Assembly (NCBI GenBank): GCA_964244495.1
Contig: CAXTIU010000011.1
Coordinates: 69,782-133,781, forward strand
From: an uncultured Beijerinckiaceae bacterium
Lineage (GTDB): Bacteria > Pseudomonadota > Alphaproteobacteria > Rhizobiales > Beijerinckiaceae
DNA length: 64,000 nt
Reading direction: 5' to 3'
The translations under genes and the position numbers were made by a program. Positions 22,221-35,164 of this stretch are shown here, in pieces. Below the pieces are notes generated by a model. The model saw only the letters and a program-made list of their open reading frames with translations, was not told the DNA's origin and searched no databases. Numbering within the stretch: position 1 is the stretch's first letter; every line of letters starts with the position of its first letter.

Positions 22221-23213
22221 TTAGGGCACGAGCAGGTCGATGGCGAGCAGGTATCGTTCCGCCGCGATGAACAGGCGCCGCCCGTCGACCCCGCCGAACG
22301 CGCAGTTCGAGCAGGTGATCGGCGTCGGGAAGAAGCCGAGCCGGTGGCCATCGGGCGCGTAGACGTGCAACCCATTGCCCGACGTCGTCCACAGCCAGCC
22401 CCGGCGGTCGACCTTGAAGCCGTCGGGCACGCCGATGTCGGTGCGGCAGAAGAAGCGTCGGCCGGACAGCTTGCCGCCCGCGCCGACGTCGGCGGGAACG
22501 TCGAAAGCCTGGATCTCGTGCGTTCCGCCGCTGAAGCCACGCGCCGTGTCGGACACGTAGAGGATGCGGCCGTCGGGTGAGAAGGCGAGCCCGTTGGGTT
22601 CGGTGAAATCGGCCATGCGGCGCAGGTCGCGGGTGTCGGGATCGTAGCGGTAGACGCTGTGATGGTCGAGTTCGGCTTCGCGCAGGCAACCCTGCTGCGG
22701 CATCCGCAGGCCGAAGATCGGGTCGGTGAACCAGATCGCGCCGTCCGCCGCCGCGACCAGATCGTTGGGTGTGTTGAGGCGCCGGTCCCCGTAATGGGTT
22801 ATGAAGGGCCGGGGGATGCCGTCCGCGTCGGAGCGGCTGATGCAACGTCGGCCGTGCTCGCAGTGGACCAGCATGCCGTCACGATCGAGCGCGTTGCCGT
22901 TGATGAAGGGCGTGGCGTCGATCAGCACGGTGACGCGACCGTCGGGGTGCCAAGCCATGACCCGCCGTCCCTTGACATCGGACCATACCAGCCACTCGTG
23001 ACGCGGGTCCCATACGGTCCCCTCGCCGTGCAAGGCCTGATCGTAGAGGCAAAGCAGGTGGGCGTCGGGATGGAGCACGGCGGCGAGCCGCTCGTCATCG
23101 ATCTGCACGCCGTTGATGCCGGCGACGCGATGCGGCGGACCGGCATGGCGCAGCAGGCAATCGGACGGCGCGGCTTCCATGACCGGACTCCCTGGGTCGA
23201 ACCACGTCTTCAT
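22221..23213 (-). CDS. SMP-30/gluconolactonase/LRE family protein
   Basis: HGEGTVW, LNTPNDL..A.DGAIWFTDP, PNGLAFSPDG and PDGFKVD. Confidence 0.9.
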   Translation of the reverse strand: MKTWFDPGSPVMEAAPSDCLLRHAGPPHRVAGINGVQIDDERLAAVLHPDAHLLCLYDQALHGEGTVWDPRHEWLVWSDVKGRRVMAWHPDGRVTVLIDATPFINGNALDRDGMLVHCEHGRRCISRSDADGIPRPFITHYGDRRLNTPNDLVAAADGAIWFTDPIFGLRMPQQGCLREAELDHHSVYRYDPDTRDLRRMADFTEPNGLAFSPDGRILYVSDTARGFSGGTHEIQAFDVPADVGAGGKLSGRRFFCRTDIGVPDGFKVDRRGWLWTTSGNGLHVYAPDGHRLGFFPTPITCSNCAFGGVDGRRLFIAAERYLLAIDLLVP

Positions 23214-23268
23214 GGGGTAGGGTCACCTCGCCTCACCCGCCCCGCGGTCGCGTCGGCGTGCCGGCCGA

Positions 23269-25410
<2,142 letters not shown>

Positions 25411-25438
25411 GATTGTGCTCCCCGTCTTGCGGTTTGCA

Positions 25439-25463
25439 AACCCGCGCTCGGACCCATCGTTCC
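25439..25463 (-). promoter_or_regulatory. Putative general-stress ECF sigma (EcfG/RpoE2/sigmaT) promoter of glgX
   Basis: Minus strand GGAAC-N17-GTT, about 30 nt upstream of the start. Confidence 0.55.
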
Positions 25464-25541
25464 AGCTCCGGTCACGCTGCGCATGATCGCACGTCGTGCG
25501 CCGGCTTCTTCGTCAGATGGAGCGCCGACCACGTCCGTTCG

Positions 25542-26573
25542 TCAGACGGCGAGACCGTTGGACATGGCCAGCGCCTTGAGGTCCGTCTTCGGACGCGCGC
25601 CGATGTGCTGGATGATCTCCGCCGCCGCCAGCGTGCCGAGCCGGGCGCTTTCCGCGTGGTCCAGGCCGCGGACGAGGCCTGTCACGAAACCCGCCGCGAA
25701 GAGGTCGCCGGCCCCGGTCGTGTCGACGAGCGTCGCGATCGGGGCCGCCGGGATCGCCTGCACGCCGGCGGACGAGACGACGACGCAGCCGTGCTCGCCG
25801 CGGGTGACGGCGGCCAGCACGCCCTCGCGGCGAAGCAGGGCGATGCCGGCGTCGAAGTCCGGCTCTTCGAGCAGGCTCGCCAGCTCGCCCTCGTTGGCGA
25901 ACAGGATGTCGACCGTGCCGTCGCGCAGCAGGTTGAGGAACTCGGGCCGGTAGCGGTTGACGCAGAAGGCGTCCGACAGGCTGAGCGCCACGCGGCGGCC
26001 GGCCGCGTGCGCGAGCGTGGCCGCCTTGACGAAGGCCTGCTTGGCCGCCGGCGGGTCCCACAGGTAGCCTTCGAGATACGTGATCCTGGACGCTTGGACC
26101 ATGCCGGCATCGACGTCGGCCTCGGTCAGGTTCTGGCAGGCGCCGAGAAAGGTATTCATCGTGCGCTGACCGTCGGGGGTCACCAGCACGAAGCAGCGGG
26201 CGGTGGCCGGGCCGTCGGACGCGTGTGGAATGGGGAAATCGACGCCGGCACGGCGAATATCGTCGGTGAAGAGGTCGCCGAGATGGTCGTCCTTGACCTT
26301 GCCGACGAAGGCCGCCGCGCAGCCGAAGCTCGCCGCGCCGATCACCGTGTTGGCGGCCGAGCCGCCGGACACGACCGTGGTCTCGCCCATCGCCTGCAGG
26401 AGATGTTCGGCCGGCGCTTCCTCGATCAGCGCCATCGTGCCCTTGGTCAGCGCGTGATCCGCCAGGAACGCGTCCGGCGTTCGCGCGATGATGTCGACGA
26501 TGGCGTTGCCCAAGCCGAGGATGTCGTAGCGCGCCCGAAGGGACGACGCTTGGATTGGCGATGTTTGGGCCAT
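25542..26573 (-). CDS. PfkB family carbohydrate kinase (adenosine kinase-like)
   Basis: GLGNAIVD, GGSAANT, ILFANE.E and DTTGAGDLFAAGF. Confidence 0.92.
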   Translation of the reverse strand: MAQTSPIQASSLRARYDILGLGNAIVDIIARTPDAFLADHALTKGTMALIEEAPAEHLLQAMGETTVVSGGSAANTVIGAASFGCAAAFVGKVKDDHLGDLFTDDIRRAGVDFPIPHASDGPATARCFVLVTPDGQRTMNTFLGACQNLTEADVDAGMVQASRITYLEGYLWDPPAAKQAFVKAATLAHAAGRRVALSLSDAFCVNRYRPEFLNLLRDGTVDILFANEGELASLLEEPDFDAGIALLRREGVLAAVTRGEHGCVVVSSAGVQAIPAAPIATLVDTTGAGDLFAAGFVTGLVRGLDHAESARLGTLAAAEIIQHIGARPKTDLKALAMSNGLAV

Positions 26574-26888
26574 GTCGACTCTCGCTGAAGGCGCGCGAGC
26601 GCCGAATGGAAGCGCTATCGCATCCCGTACGGCGAAGCGTCAAGGAAGGGGCGAGGGTTCGTGCCCGGCGGTCGCGAGGGGGCACGGCCTGGGAGGACTG
26701 GCGACGCGCGCGCGTCGTGGAAACACGAGCCCACCATGACGACCGGTCCCTTCTCGTCGCGGCCGATGTTTCCTCGGCCGCGAACGGTCCCGCCCACGAA
26801 CAAAGGCGCCACCCGATGGGGTAGGCGCCTCCACGTATTTATCCCAACGTCGTCGCTCCCGCGTCGGCTACGTGGCGCGGGACGCGCT

Positions 26889-27008
26889 TCAGCGCTGGCG
26901 GCGCTTGACCCGTACCGGAATGAGGGCCGCGCGCTGGCGGCTGGAAACCAGGGCCGAAGCGAGGGCACCGGTCGCGGTGACCATGGCGATAAGTGCGATC
27001 AGGTGCAT
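26889..27008 (-). CDS. Small single-TM protein (39 aa), absent from the ORF track
   Basis: MHLIALIAMVTATGALASALVSSRQRAALIPVRVKRRQR*; GGGGA RBS 6 nt upstream; hydrophobic N-terminus and basic tail. Confidence 0.6.
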   Translation of the reverse strand: MHLIALIAMVTATGALASALVSSRQRAALIPVRVKRRQR

Positions 27009-27130
27009 TGCGATCCCCGTTTCATCTGCCAAGTCAAAGCGCTAGCGCGCCTCGACGCCCCATGCCGAACATCGTTGTGAGTAGCGAACGCCAGCAACCC
27101 CTCCTGGTTCCTCACCGCCTCGGCGCATCA

Positions 27131-28117
<987 letters not shown>

Positions 28118-28231
28118 GCTTGCTCTCCTCGAAAAATCCAGATTGGTGGAGCTAATGTCGGTCCTTCGGGCGACATAGCAATATCGACGAGCGGATCGGC
28201 TGGCGCACCGCCGTCGCGTGAGGGGATCGGG

Positions 28232-30424
28232 ATGAGGTTTGCTTCGGCGGTGGCAAGGCCGAGCCGGACGTTCGCGGCCCTGGCCGCAGGTTTCGCCTGC
28301 CTGGCGGGCGGTTCCCTCCCGGCCCGGGCCGCGGCGGGCTCCTGGGTCACGTCCGACGTCGCCAAGGCGCGGCTGCTGACCGCCGTGACCGGCACCGGCG
28401 CCCTCGCAAACGTGCCGGCCGGCGTCGAGGTGAGCCTGGACGCCGGCTGGAAGACCTACTGGCGCTCGCCCGGCGACGCCGGCCTGCCGCCGGCGCTAGA
28501 CTGGGCCGGCTCGACCAACCTTGGGGCCGCGACCCTGTCCTACCCCGCGCCCGCGCGCCTCACCCTGCTCGGCATCCAAACCTTCGGCTACCACGGCGAC
28601 GTGATCTTCCCAATCGACGTCGCCGTCGCCACGCCGGGCCGGCCGCTCGACCTCAGGCTGAAGCTCGACGTGCTCGTTTGCGCGCAGCTGTGCGTCCCCA
28701 AGACGTTCGACCTCGCCATGAGCGTGCCGGCCGGCCCGGCGAAGCCGGACGGCGACGCCCTCACCCTCGCCAAGGCGCGGGCGGCGGTGCCGGGCGAGGC
28801 GCGGGCGGCCGGCATCGCGGTCTCGGGCGTGGCCGAAGTCTCCGACGGCGGGAAGCCGGCGCTGGAGGTGCGGGCGAGCGCGCTCGGCCCCTTCCGCAGC
28901 CCCGACGTGATCGCCGAGATCGAGCCGGCCCTGGCCCTGGGGCAACCGCGCGTGAGCCTGGCCGACGACGGGCGCGCGGCGACCTTCCTGGTGCCGCTCG
29001 AACAGCCGCTGCCGGTCGGTGCCAGGCTCGCCGGGCGCACCGTCACGCTCACCGTGACCGACGGCGCGCGGGCGCTCGAAACCCCGCCGATGACGATCGC
29101 GCCCGGCGCTTCCGCCACGCGCGAGGCGGCGGGGCCGTCGCTCCTGGCGATGCTCGGGGTGGCGCTGCTTGGCGGCCTCATCCTCAACCTGATGCCCTGC
29201 GTGCTGCCGGTGCTCAGCCTGAAGCTCGTGGCGGTGATCGGGCAGGGCGGCCGGGCGCCGGGGCGGATCAGGGCCGGCTTCCTCGCGACCGCCGCCGGCG
29301 TCGTCGCGTCCTTCCTCGTCATCGCCGGGGCGCTGATCGCCTTGAAGGCGGCCGGCCGCACGATCGGCTGGGGGCTGCAGTTCCAGCAGCCGGCCTTCAT
29401 CGCCGCCATGGCGGTGCTCGTCACGCTGTTCGCCTGCCACCTCGCCGGGCTGTTCGCCGTGCCGCTGCCGCGCTTCGTGCGCGACGCCGCGGCGCGCCGC
29501 ACCGCGCCCGACGAAGGCCTCGCCGGCCATTTCGTGACCGGCGCCTTCGCCACGGTGCTGGCGACCCCGTGTTCCGCGCCGTTCCTCGGCACGGCGGTCG
29601 GCTTCGCGCTGGCCGGCGCGCCGGCGCGGATGCTCGCCATCTTCGGCGCGCTCGGGCTCGGGCTCGCCTCCCCCTACCTCCTGGTCGCCGCCGTGCCGCG
29701 CCTCGCGGCGGCGCTGCCCCGGCCGGGCCGCTGGATGCTGGTGCTCAAGCAGGTGCTGGCGCTGCCGCTGCTGGCGACGGCGCTGTGGCTGCTGTCGATC
29801 CTCCTGACGCAGGTCGGCGTGGCGACGGCGGCGAGCGTCGCCGCGCTGCTCCTGGCGGTCGCCGCGTTGCTGGCCTGGCGCGAGCGCCTGCCGACCGGCT
29901 CGCGCCGCGCGGCGGTCCCGGCCGTCGCGCTCCTCAGCCTCGCGGCGATAGCGCTGCCGGACCTCGTCGCCGCCCGCGTCGACGGCGCCGGAGCAGCGGC
30001 CGACGAGGCGATCGCCTGGCGGCCGTTCGACCGCGGCGCGATCCGCTCCCTCGTGTCGCAGGGGCGCACCGTGTTCGTCGACGTCACCGCCGACTGGTGC
30101 CTGACCTGCCAGGCCAACAGGCGCCTCGTGCTGGGGCAGGACGCCACCGCGCGCCGGCTCAACGCGCAGACGGTCGCGATGCGGGCCGACTGGACGCGGC
30201 CGAACCCGGCCATCGCCGGCTACCTCGCCGGCCACGGACGCTACGGCATCCCGTTCAATGTCGTCTACGGGCCGGGCGCGCCGGGCGGCATCGTGCTGCC
30301 CGAATTGCTGACGGCCGGCGACGTCGCCGCCGCGCTCGACAGGGCGGGGAACGCCAACGCGTCGATGCTGGAGGCCCCTCCATCCACGGCGGTCGCGACC
30401 GCGCCGGCGGTTCCGCTCCGCTGA
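28232..30424 (+). CDS. Protein-disulfide reductase, DsbD/ScsB-like
   Basis: Signal peptide, [13 protein letters not shown] and VCAQLC (N-domain), LMPCVLPVL and ATPCSAP (TM domain), DWCLTC (thioredoxin domain); start at ATG 28232. Confidence 0.9.
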   Translation: MRFASAVARPSRTFAALAAGFACLAGGSLPARAAAGSWVTSDVAKARLLTAVTGTGALANVPAGVEVSLDAGWKTYWRSPGDAGLPPALDWAGSTNLGAATLSYPAPARLTLLGIQTFGYHGDVIFPIDVAVATPGRPLDLRLKLDVLVCAQLCVPKTFDLAMSVPAGPAKPDGDALTLAKARAAVPGEARAAGIAVSGVAEVSDGGKPALEVRASALGPFRSPDVIAEIEPALALGQPRVSLADDGRAATFLVPLEQPLPVGARLAGRTVTLTVTDGARALETPPMTIAPGASATREAAGPSLLAMLGVALLGGLILNLMPCVLPVLSLKLVAVIGQGGRAPGRIRAGFLATAAGVVASFLVIAGALIALKAAGRTIGWGLQFQQPAFIAAMAVLVTLFACHLAGLFAVPLPRFVRDAAARRTAPDEGLAGHFVTGAFATVLATPCSAPFLGTAVGFALAGAPARMLAIFGALGLGLASPYLLVAAVPRLAAALPRPGRWMLVLKQVLALPLLATALWLLSILLTQVGVATAASVAALLLAVAALLAWRERLPTGSRRAAVPAVALLSLAAIALPDLVAARVDGAGAAADEAIAWRPFDRGAIRSLVSQGRTVFVDVTADWCLTCQANRRLVLGQDATARRLNAQTVAMRADWTRPNPAIAGYLAGHGRYGIPFNVVYGPGAPGGIVLPELLTAGDVAAALDRAGNANASMLEAPPSTAVATAPAVPLR

Positions 30425-30463
30425 CCGTCGCGGGGGCCGCGTAACGGACCGATGATGCACGGG

Positions 30464-30488
30464 GGAAACTCTGGCTCCGGTCGGCGTT
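30464..30488 (+). promoter_or_regulatory. Possible EcfG-type promoter of the TOBE gene
   Basis: GGAAA-N16-CGTT, one mismatch to GGAAC-N16-CGTT. Confidence 0.3.
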
Positions 30489-30541
30489 CCCCGCATCCAT
30501 CCTTCGAGATGGCGGGTCTTGGAGAAGCGCGGAGGACGAAG

Positions 30542-30754
30542 ATGAAGCACGGTGCCCGCAACGACATCCCGGCCGAGGTCGTCGACATCAAGACCGGCGG
30601 CGTGATGGCCCAGGTCACCGTTAAGCTCCAGGGGACCGACTACCGGATGGCTTCGGTGATGACCCTCGACTCGCTCCAGGCCCTCGGCATCGAGGTGGGC
30701 GACGCCGTCCACGTGGTCGCCAAGGCGGTCAACGTGCTGCTCGTCAAGGCGTAA
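30542..30754 (+). CDS. TOBE/Mop molybdate-binding protein (molbindin)
   Basis: MKHGARN.I.A.VV.I..G.VMAQV...SV.T..S...LG...GD.V....KA.NV; 70 aa. Confidence 0.88.
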   Translation: MKHGARNDIPAEVVDIKTGGVMAQVTVKLQGTDYRMASVMTLDSLQALGIEVGDAVHVVAKAVNVLLVKA

Positions 30755-30757
30755 GGC

Positions 30758-31939
30758 TCAGGTGTCCACGATCCCCACCGTGCCGCTCCGCATCGCGCCG
30801 GCCCGGCCGTGGTGCAGGGCCATGTAGTCGTCCGACTGCATCTCGTTGAGCCGCGAGATCGTGCGCTGGAACTCGAAGGCTTCCCGCCCGTCCTCCGCCT
30901 CGAACAGCCGGTCCGGCGGCGCGGCGGCGGAGGCGAACAGTTTCACGTGCGCCTCGTAGAACGCGTCGATCAGGATGATGAAGCGCTTGGCCTCGTTGCG
31001 CTGCGACGCCTTCAGCACGGGGATCGCGTCGATGAGGACGCACTGGTAGCGTTGCGCGATGGCGAGGTAGTCCTGCGCGCCGAGCGGCTTTTGGCACAGC
31101 TCGGCGAAGGTGAAGCGGGCGACGTTGCCGCGCGACTGCGGCACCGGCACCGCGCGGCCGAGCACGGTGAGGGTCGCCGGCTTGCCCGTCTCCTGGCCGG
31201 TGAGGGCCTTGAAGGTGGCGGTAAGGGCCGCTGTCGCGGCGGCGTCGACCGGCACGTGCAGCGTTTCCGACCCCGCGAGCTTCTGCATGCGGAAATCGGT
31301 GCGCGCGTCGAGTTCCACCACGTCCATGTGTTCCTCCATCAACGCGATCGAGGGCAGGAACAGGCTCCGGTTGAGGCCGCCGACGTAAAGGTTGGACGGC
31401 GCGATGTTCGAGGTCGCGACCACGATGACGCCCAGCGCGAACAGCGCCTTGAACAGCCGCCCGAGGATCATCGCGTCGGCGATGTCGGTGATCGTGAACT
31501 CGTCGAAGCAGAGCAGCGTCGCGCCCCGCGCGATGCCCTCCGCGACCGGCTCGATCGGGTCCTCGCCCTTGACGAGGCCGCTCTTCAGCGCCTGCCGATG
31601 CTTGTAGATCTCGGCGTGGACCTCCGCCATGAAGGCGTGGAAATGGACGCGGCGCTTCTTGCCGAGGTCGACCTCGCCGAAGAACATGTCCATCAGCATG
31701 GACTTGCCGCGCCCGACGCCGCCCCAGATGTAAACGCCGCGCAGCGCCGGGTGCTTGGCCTTCGCCCCGAACATCCAGCCGAGCGCGCCGGCCTTGCGGC
31801 CCGGCACGTAGCCGTGCAGCGCCGCGCAGAGCGCGTCGAGCCGCGCCACCACCGCCTCCTGCGCCGCGTCCCGCTCGATATGGCCCTCGCGCACCTGGGC
31901 ATCGTAGAGTTGGCGGATCGACATGGGTCTCGCGCGCAT
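30758..31939 (-). CDS. zapE: AFG1/ZapE family ATPase
   Basis: GVYIWGGVGRGKSMLMD, LCFDEF and RFI.LID.FYE...FQRTISRL.EMQ. The start is at 31939 or 31924. Confidence 0.92.
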   Translation of the reverse strand: MRARPMSIRQLYDAQVREGHIERDAAQEAVVARLDALCAALHGYVPGRKAGALGWMFGAKAKHPALRGVYIWGGVGRGKSMLMDMFFGEVDLGKKRRVHFHAFMAEVHAEIYKHRQALKSGLVKGEDPIEPVAEGIARGATLLCFDEFTITDIADAMILGRLFKALFALGVIVVATSNIAPSNLYVGGLNRSLFLPSIALMEEHMDVVELDARTDFRMQKLAGSETLHVPVDAAATAALTATFKALTGQETGKPATLTVLGRAVPVPQSRGNVARFTFAELCQKPLGAQDYLAIAQRYQCVLIDAIPVLKASQRNEAKRFIILIDAFYEAHVKLFASAAAPPDRLFEAEDGREAFEFQRTISRLNEMQSDDYMALHHGRAGAMRSGTVGIVDT

Positions 31940-32067
31940 AAAGTGTCCGGGGCGCCTTATCGAAGGTTCGGCCCCGCCGGGCAAGACGGACGGGGTTCGC
32001 GGGCCGAAACCCTCGACGCGCTCTCGGCGGGTCTCCTTCCCTCAGCGGGTCGTCTCGGCGGGTCGTC

Positions 32068-32691
32068 TCAGCGGGTCTTGGTCACCGGTCCCTCGTCGCC
32101 GTCCTTCGCCGCCTTCTGGCCCGGGAGCTCGGTCGGCGCCCGGCCCGAGGCCGCCAGGATCTTGCGCACCGACCAGGCCTCCTTGTTCGTCGTGCCCTTG
32201 ACGTCGTTGACCTTCCAGCTGTCGTCCTGGCGGATGAAATCGTAGGTGACGATCGTCGGCTCGCCGTGGTTGTTGAAGCTCGCCGAGACGGTGGCCTTGC
32301 CGAGTTCCAGCACGTCCGTCTTCAGCGTGACCTTCTGCAGCTCGGCATCGGGCGAGGCGGAGATCGGATCGAAGTCGAGGATGGCCTTGCCGTCGTGCGC
32401 CGCCTTGGTTTCGGCGCTCGTCACCAGCAGGTCGAAGCCCTTGGAGAAGTAATCCTCCCGCACCGCCCGGTCGAAGAAGGGGCCGTCCGCCTTACCCGCC
32501 TTCTTCAGGTCGGCGGCGGCGAGCCGGTAGATGGTGGCGACGATGTCGCGGGGTTCCTCGACGGCGAGCGGGGCCGCCTTGGTGGCGGGGGCGGCGCCGA
32601 GCGGGGCCAGGGGCTTCGCCGTTTCGGCTCGGGCAACGGCCGCCGGAAGCGCGGCGGTCAAGAGGCAGGCTATGGCAAGGCGGCCGTTCAT
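32068..32691 (-). CDS. Secreted DUF3828-like protein
   Basis: Signal peptide; LDFDPI..S.D, ATV.ASF.N.G and V.YD.I....WKVNDV pattern. Confidence 0.65.
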   Translation of the reverse strand: MNGRLAIACLLTAALPAAVARAETAKPLAPLGAAPATKAAPLAVEEPRDIVATIYRLAAADLKKAGKADGPFFDRAVREDYFSKGFDLLVTSAETKAAHDGKAILDFDPISASPDAELQKVTLKTDVLELGKATVSASFNNHGEPTIVTYDFIRQDDSWKVNDVKGTTNKEAWSVRKILAASGRAPTELPGQKAAKDGDEGPVTKTR

Positions 32692-32792
32692 CGTCGCGAA
32701 TCTCCCCCCGGGCGCTCACCGTCGGCGCGGCGGGACCGTCCCACAGGGCGGCCCGCGTCGCAAAGGGAAACATCGCGTGGATCGGGCCTACG

Positions 32793-33974
32793 TCACCCTT
32801 TCGCCTCGTCCATCAGTTTCGTGAAGCGGGTGAACAGGTAGTGGCTGTCGGTCGGGCCGGGCGAGGCCTCGGGATGGTGCTGCACGCAGAAGGCCGGGCG
32901 GTCGGTGAGCTCGAAACCGGAGTTCGAGCCGTCGAACAGACTGCGGTGCGTTTCCCGCGCGTTCGCCGGCAGGGTGGCGCGGTCGACCGCGAAGCCGTGG
33001 TTCATCGAGACGATCTCGACCTTGTTGGTGATGGTGTCCATCACCGGATGGTTGGCGCCGTGATGGCCCTGGTGCATCTTGACCGTGTCCGCGCCGACCG
33101 CCAGCGCCATCAGCTGGTGGCCGAGGCAGATGCCGAAGGTCGGCACCTTGCGCGCCAGCAGGTCCTTGATGACCGGCACGGCGTAGTCGCCGGTGGCGGC
33201 GGGGTCGCCGGGGCCGTTCGACAGGAACACCCCGTCCGGCGCCAGCGCCATGATGGCGGCGGCATCGGTGGTCGAGGGCACGACGGTGACGGCGCAGCCG
33301 GCTTCGGCGAGCAGGCGCAGGATGTTGCGCTTGATGCCGTAATCGATCGCCACGACCTTGTAGCGCGGCGCCTCCTGCCGGCCATAGCCGGTCTCGAGGT
33401 CCCACACCGTCTCGTCCCAGTCGAAGCGCTGCCCCGCCGTGACGCCCGGCACCAGGTCGAGGCCGACCAGCCCCGACCAGCCGCTCGCCTTGGCCTTCAG
33501 GGCCTCGACGTCGAAGGCGCCGTCGGGCCTGTGGGCGATCACGCCGTTCTGCGCGCCCCGGTCGCGCACCAGCGACACCAGCGCCCGCGTGTCGAGCCCG
33601 GCCAGCCCGATCACCTCGCGCCGGCGCAGCCATTCGTCGAGGTGCTGGGTGGCGCGGTGGTTGGACGGTCCGGTGAGCGGGGCGTGCACCACCATGCCCA
33701 CCGCGCCCGGCGCCGCCGCCAGCGAGATCGACTCGATGTCCTGGTCGTTCGCCCCGACGTTGCCGATGTGCGGGAACGTGAAGGTGAGGATCTGCCCGGC
33801 GTAGGATGGGTCGGTGAGGATTTCCTCGTAGCCGGTCATCGCGGTGTTGAAGCAGACCTCGCCGACCGCCTCGCCGACCGCCCCGAAACCCTCGCCTTCC
33901 AGCACCGTGCCGTCGGCCAGCACCAGCAGCGCCGTCGGCTTGCGTTCCACCCACCCGGTCGCGTCATCGCTCAT
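32793..33974 (-). CDS. carA: Carbamoyl-phosphate synthase small subunit
   Basis: GEVCFNTAMTGY.E.LTDPSY, LSNGPGDP, GICLGHQ and QHHPEASPGP. Confidence 0.97.
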   Translation of the reverse strand: MSDDATGWVERKPTALLVLADGTVLEGEGFGAVGEAVGEVCFNTAMTGYEEILTDPSYAGQILTFTFPHIGNVGANDQDIESISLAAAPGAVGMVVHAPLTGPSNHRATQHLDEWLRRREVIGLAGLDTRALVSLVRDRGAQNGVIAHRPDGAFDVEALKAKASGWSGLVGLDLVPGVTAGQRFDWDETVWDLETGYGRQEAPRYKVVAIDYGIKRNILRLLAEAGCAVTVVPSTTDAAAIMALAPDGVFLSNGPGDPAATGDYAVPVIKDLLARKVPTFGICLGHQLMALAVGADTVKMHQGHHGANHPVMDTITNKVEIVSMNHGFAVDRATLPANARETHRSLFDGSNSGFELTDRPAFCVQHHPEASPGPTDSHYLFTRFTKLMDEAKG

Positions 33975-34192
33975 GTCATGTTCCGTGGATTGCCCCGGCG
34001 GCTCGCGCCGGCACGTCGTCGCGCGGCCGGCGGCAACTCGAACGTCCGGGGATAGCTACGGTTCGGCTTGCCCCGCGTCAAACATCCACGCGCGCCGGAG
34101 CGCCGCCACCTGTGCGATCCCCACCTCGTCCAGCGATGGTCTGAGACATCGCGGCATCGGAACGTTGCGGCGGCGCTCCGAATTGCGCTGGA

Positions 34193-34507
34193 ATGTCATA
34201 CCGGACGCCACGCCACCCGCGCGCCCTGGCCCTCGTCTGCGCGACCCTGATCGGCGGAGCGCCGGCGGCCCGCGCCGCGCAATCCTTGATCCCTCTGCCC
34301 TATCCCGGCACCGTCAGCGGCGGGGAGCCGCTGGATCCCGAGCCCCAGGGGATCGGCGGGCCGCAGCGGATCATGAAGGATCCTTACCCGCAGATCCTCG
34401 GCGACAATGCCCAGGGCGACCCGCCGATCAGCCGTCGCCACCGGCATCAGCACCTGATTCCCAGCATCTACAAGCGCAAGTACCGCGTCGACCGACCCGG
34501 CTATTGA
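34193..34507 (+). CDS. Hypothetical secreted Pro-rich protein
   Basis: Signal peptide ending AARAAQ; Pro/Gly-rich mature part. Confidence 0.55.
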   Translation: MSYRTPRHPRALALVCATLIGGAPAARAAQSLIPLPYPGTVSGGEPLDPEPQGIGGPQRIMKDPYPQILGDNAQGDPPISRRHRHQHLIPSIYKRKYRVDRPGY

Positions 34508-34518
34508 GAAGAACGTCC

Positions 34519-34767
34519 ATGGATCTCGTCACCCTGCCCATCCTCGCGATCGTGTTCAGTGTTGGCTTGGCCTCGTTCGCCCTCGCGGCCGGAGGGGGCG
34601 CCAGCTCCGGTGGCGGCGACGCGCAGAACCATCCGGCGAGCGGCCTTCCGCCCGGCGAACCGGGACCGGCCGGCGCCAACAACAACCCGCGCAAGACGGC
34701 GCTGCCACCCGACGCGCGCAACGACGGGACGGTACCGCCGGCGGCCGGGGTTCCGGCGCGCCAGTAG
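34519..34767 (+). CDS. Hypothetical small secreted or membrane-anchored low-complexity protein
   Basis: MDLVTLPILAIVFSVGLASFALA followed by a Gly/Pro/Asn-rich tail; in frame with the 3' end of track ORF 33844..34767. Confidence 0.55.
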   Translation: MDLVTLPILAIVFSVGLASFALAAGGGASSGGGDAQNHPASGLPPGEPGPAGANNNPRKTALPPDARNDGTVPPAAGVPARQ

Positions 34768-34788
34768 CGGACACGGGCCGAGGGTTGG

Positions 34789-35133
34789 TCAGTGCACGGT
34801 CGGCGTCAGGTCCCGCCAACCGTTGCGCGCGGCGACCCGATCGATCAATTGCGACTTGCGCGCTTCCATGGCGGCGAGGGCGGCGCCGATCTCGTCGCGT
34901 GAGGATCGGCTGGCGCCCGACCAGACGGTGCCGCCGATGATCGCGGTGATCGCGCCTAGCACCACCGGCGCCGTCCGGTACGCGCCGGCCACCGTGAAGA
35001 CCAGCACGAGGGCGATGCCGCCGAGCCACATCGCCGCGCGCCCCAGGAGGATGGCCTGGCGGCAGCTCTCCAGGGCGTCCCGCAGCGCCTCGATCCGACG
35101 ATCGGCCTCGTCGAGCTGGGCGTCCGTTCCCAT
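34789..35133 (-). CDS. Hypothetical 2-TM membrane protein
   Basis: Coiled coil IEALRDALESCRQAI followed by two TM segments; GGGAGG RBS. Confidence 0.7.
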   Translation of the reverse strand: MGTDAQLDEADRRIEALRDALESCRQAILLGRAAMWLGGIALVLVFTVAGAYRTAPVVLGAITAIIGGTVWSGASRSSRDEIGAALAAMEARKSQLIDRVAARNGWRDLTPTVH

Positions 35134-35164
35134 CGGCCTGCCTCCCGGCGAACAAGCGGTGGTT

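Noticed and set aside
26574-27130. Track ORFs 26615..26968, 26661..27080 and 26640..26834
   Set aside because: No RBS or motifs and low-complexity translations; the 39-aa ORF explains the region better.
34133-34152. Hairpin with CTGAGA loop upstream of carA/34193, suggesting a TPP riboswitch
   Set aside because: The other conserved TPP elements are missing and there is no thiamine-related gene downstream.
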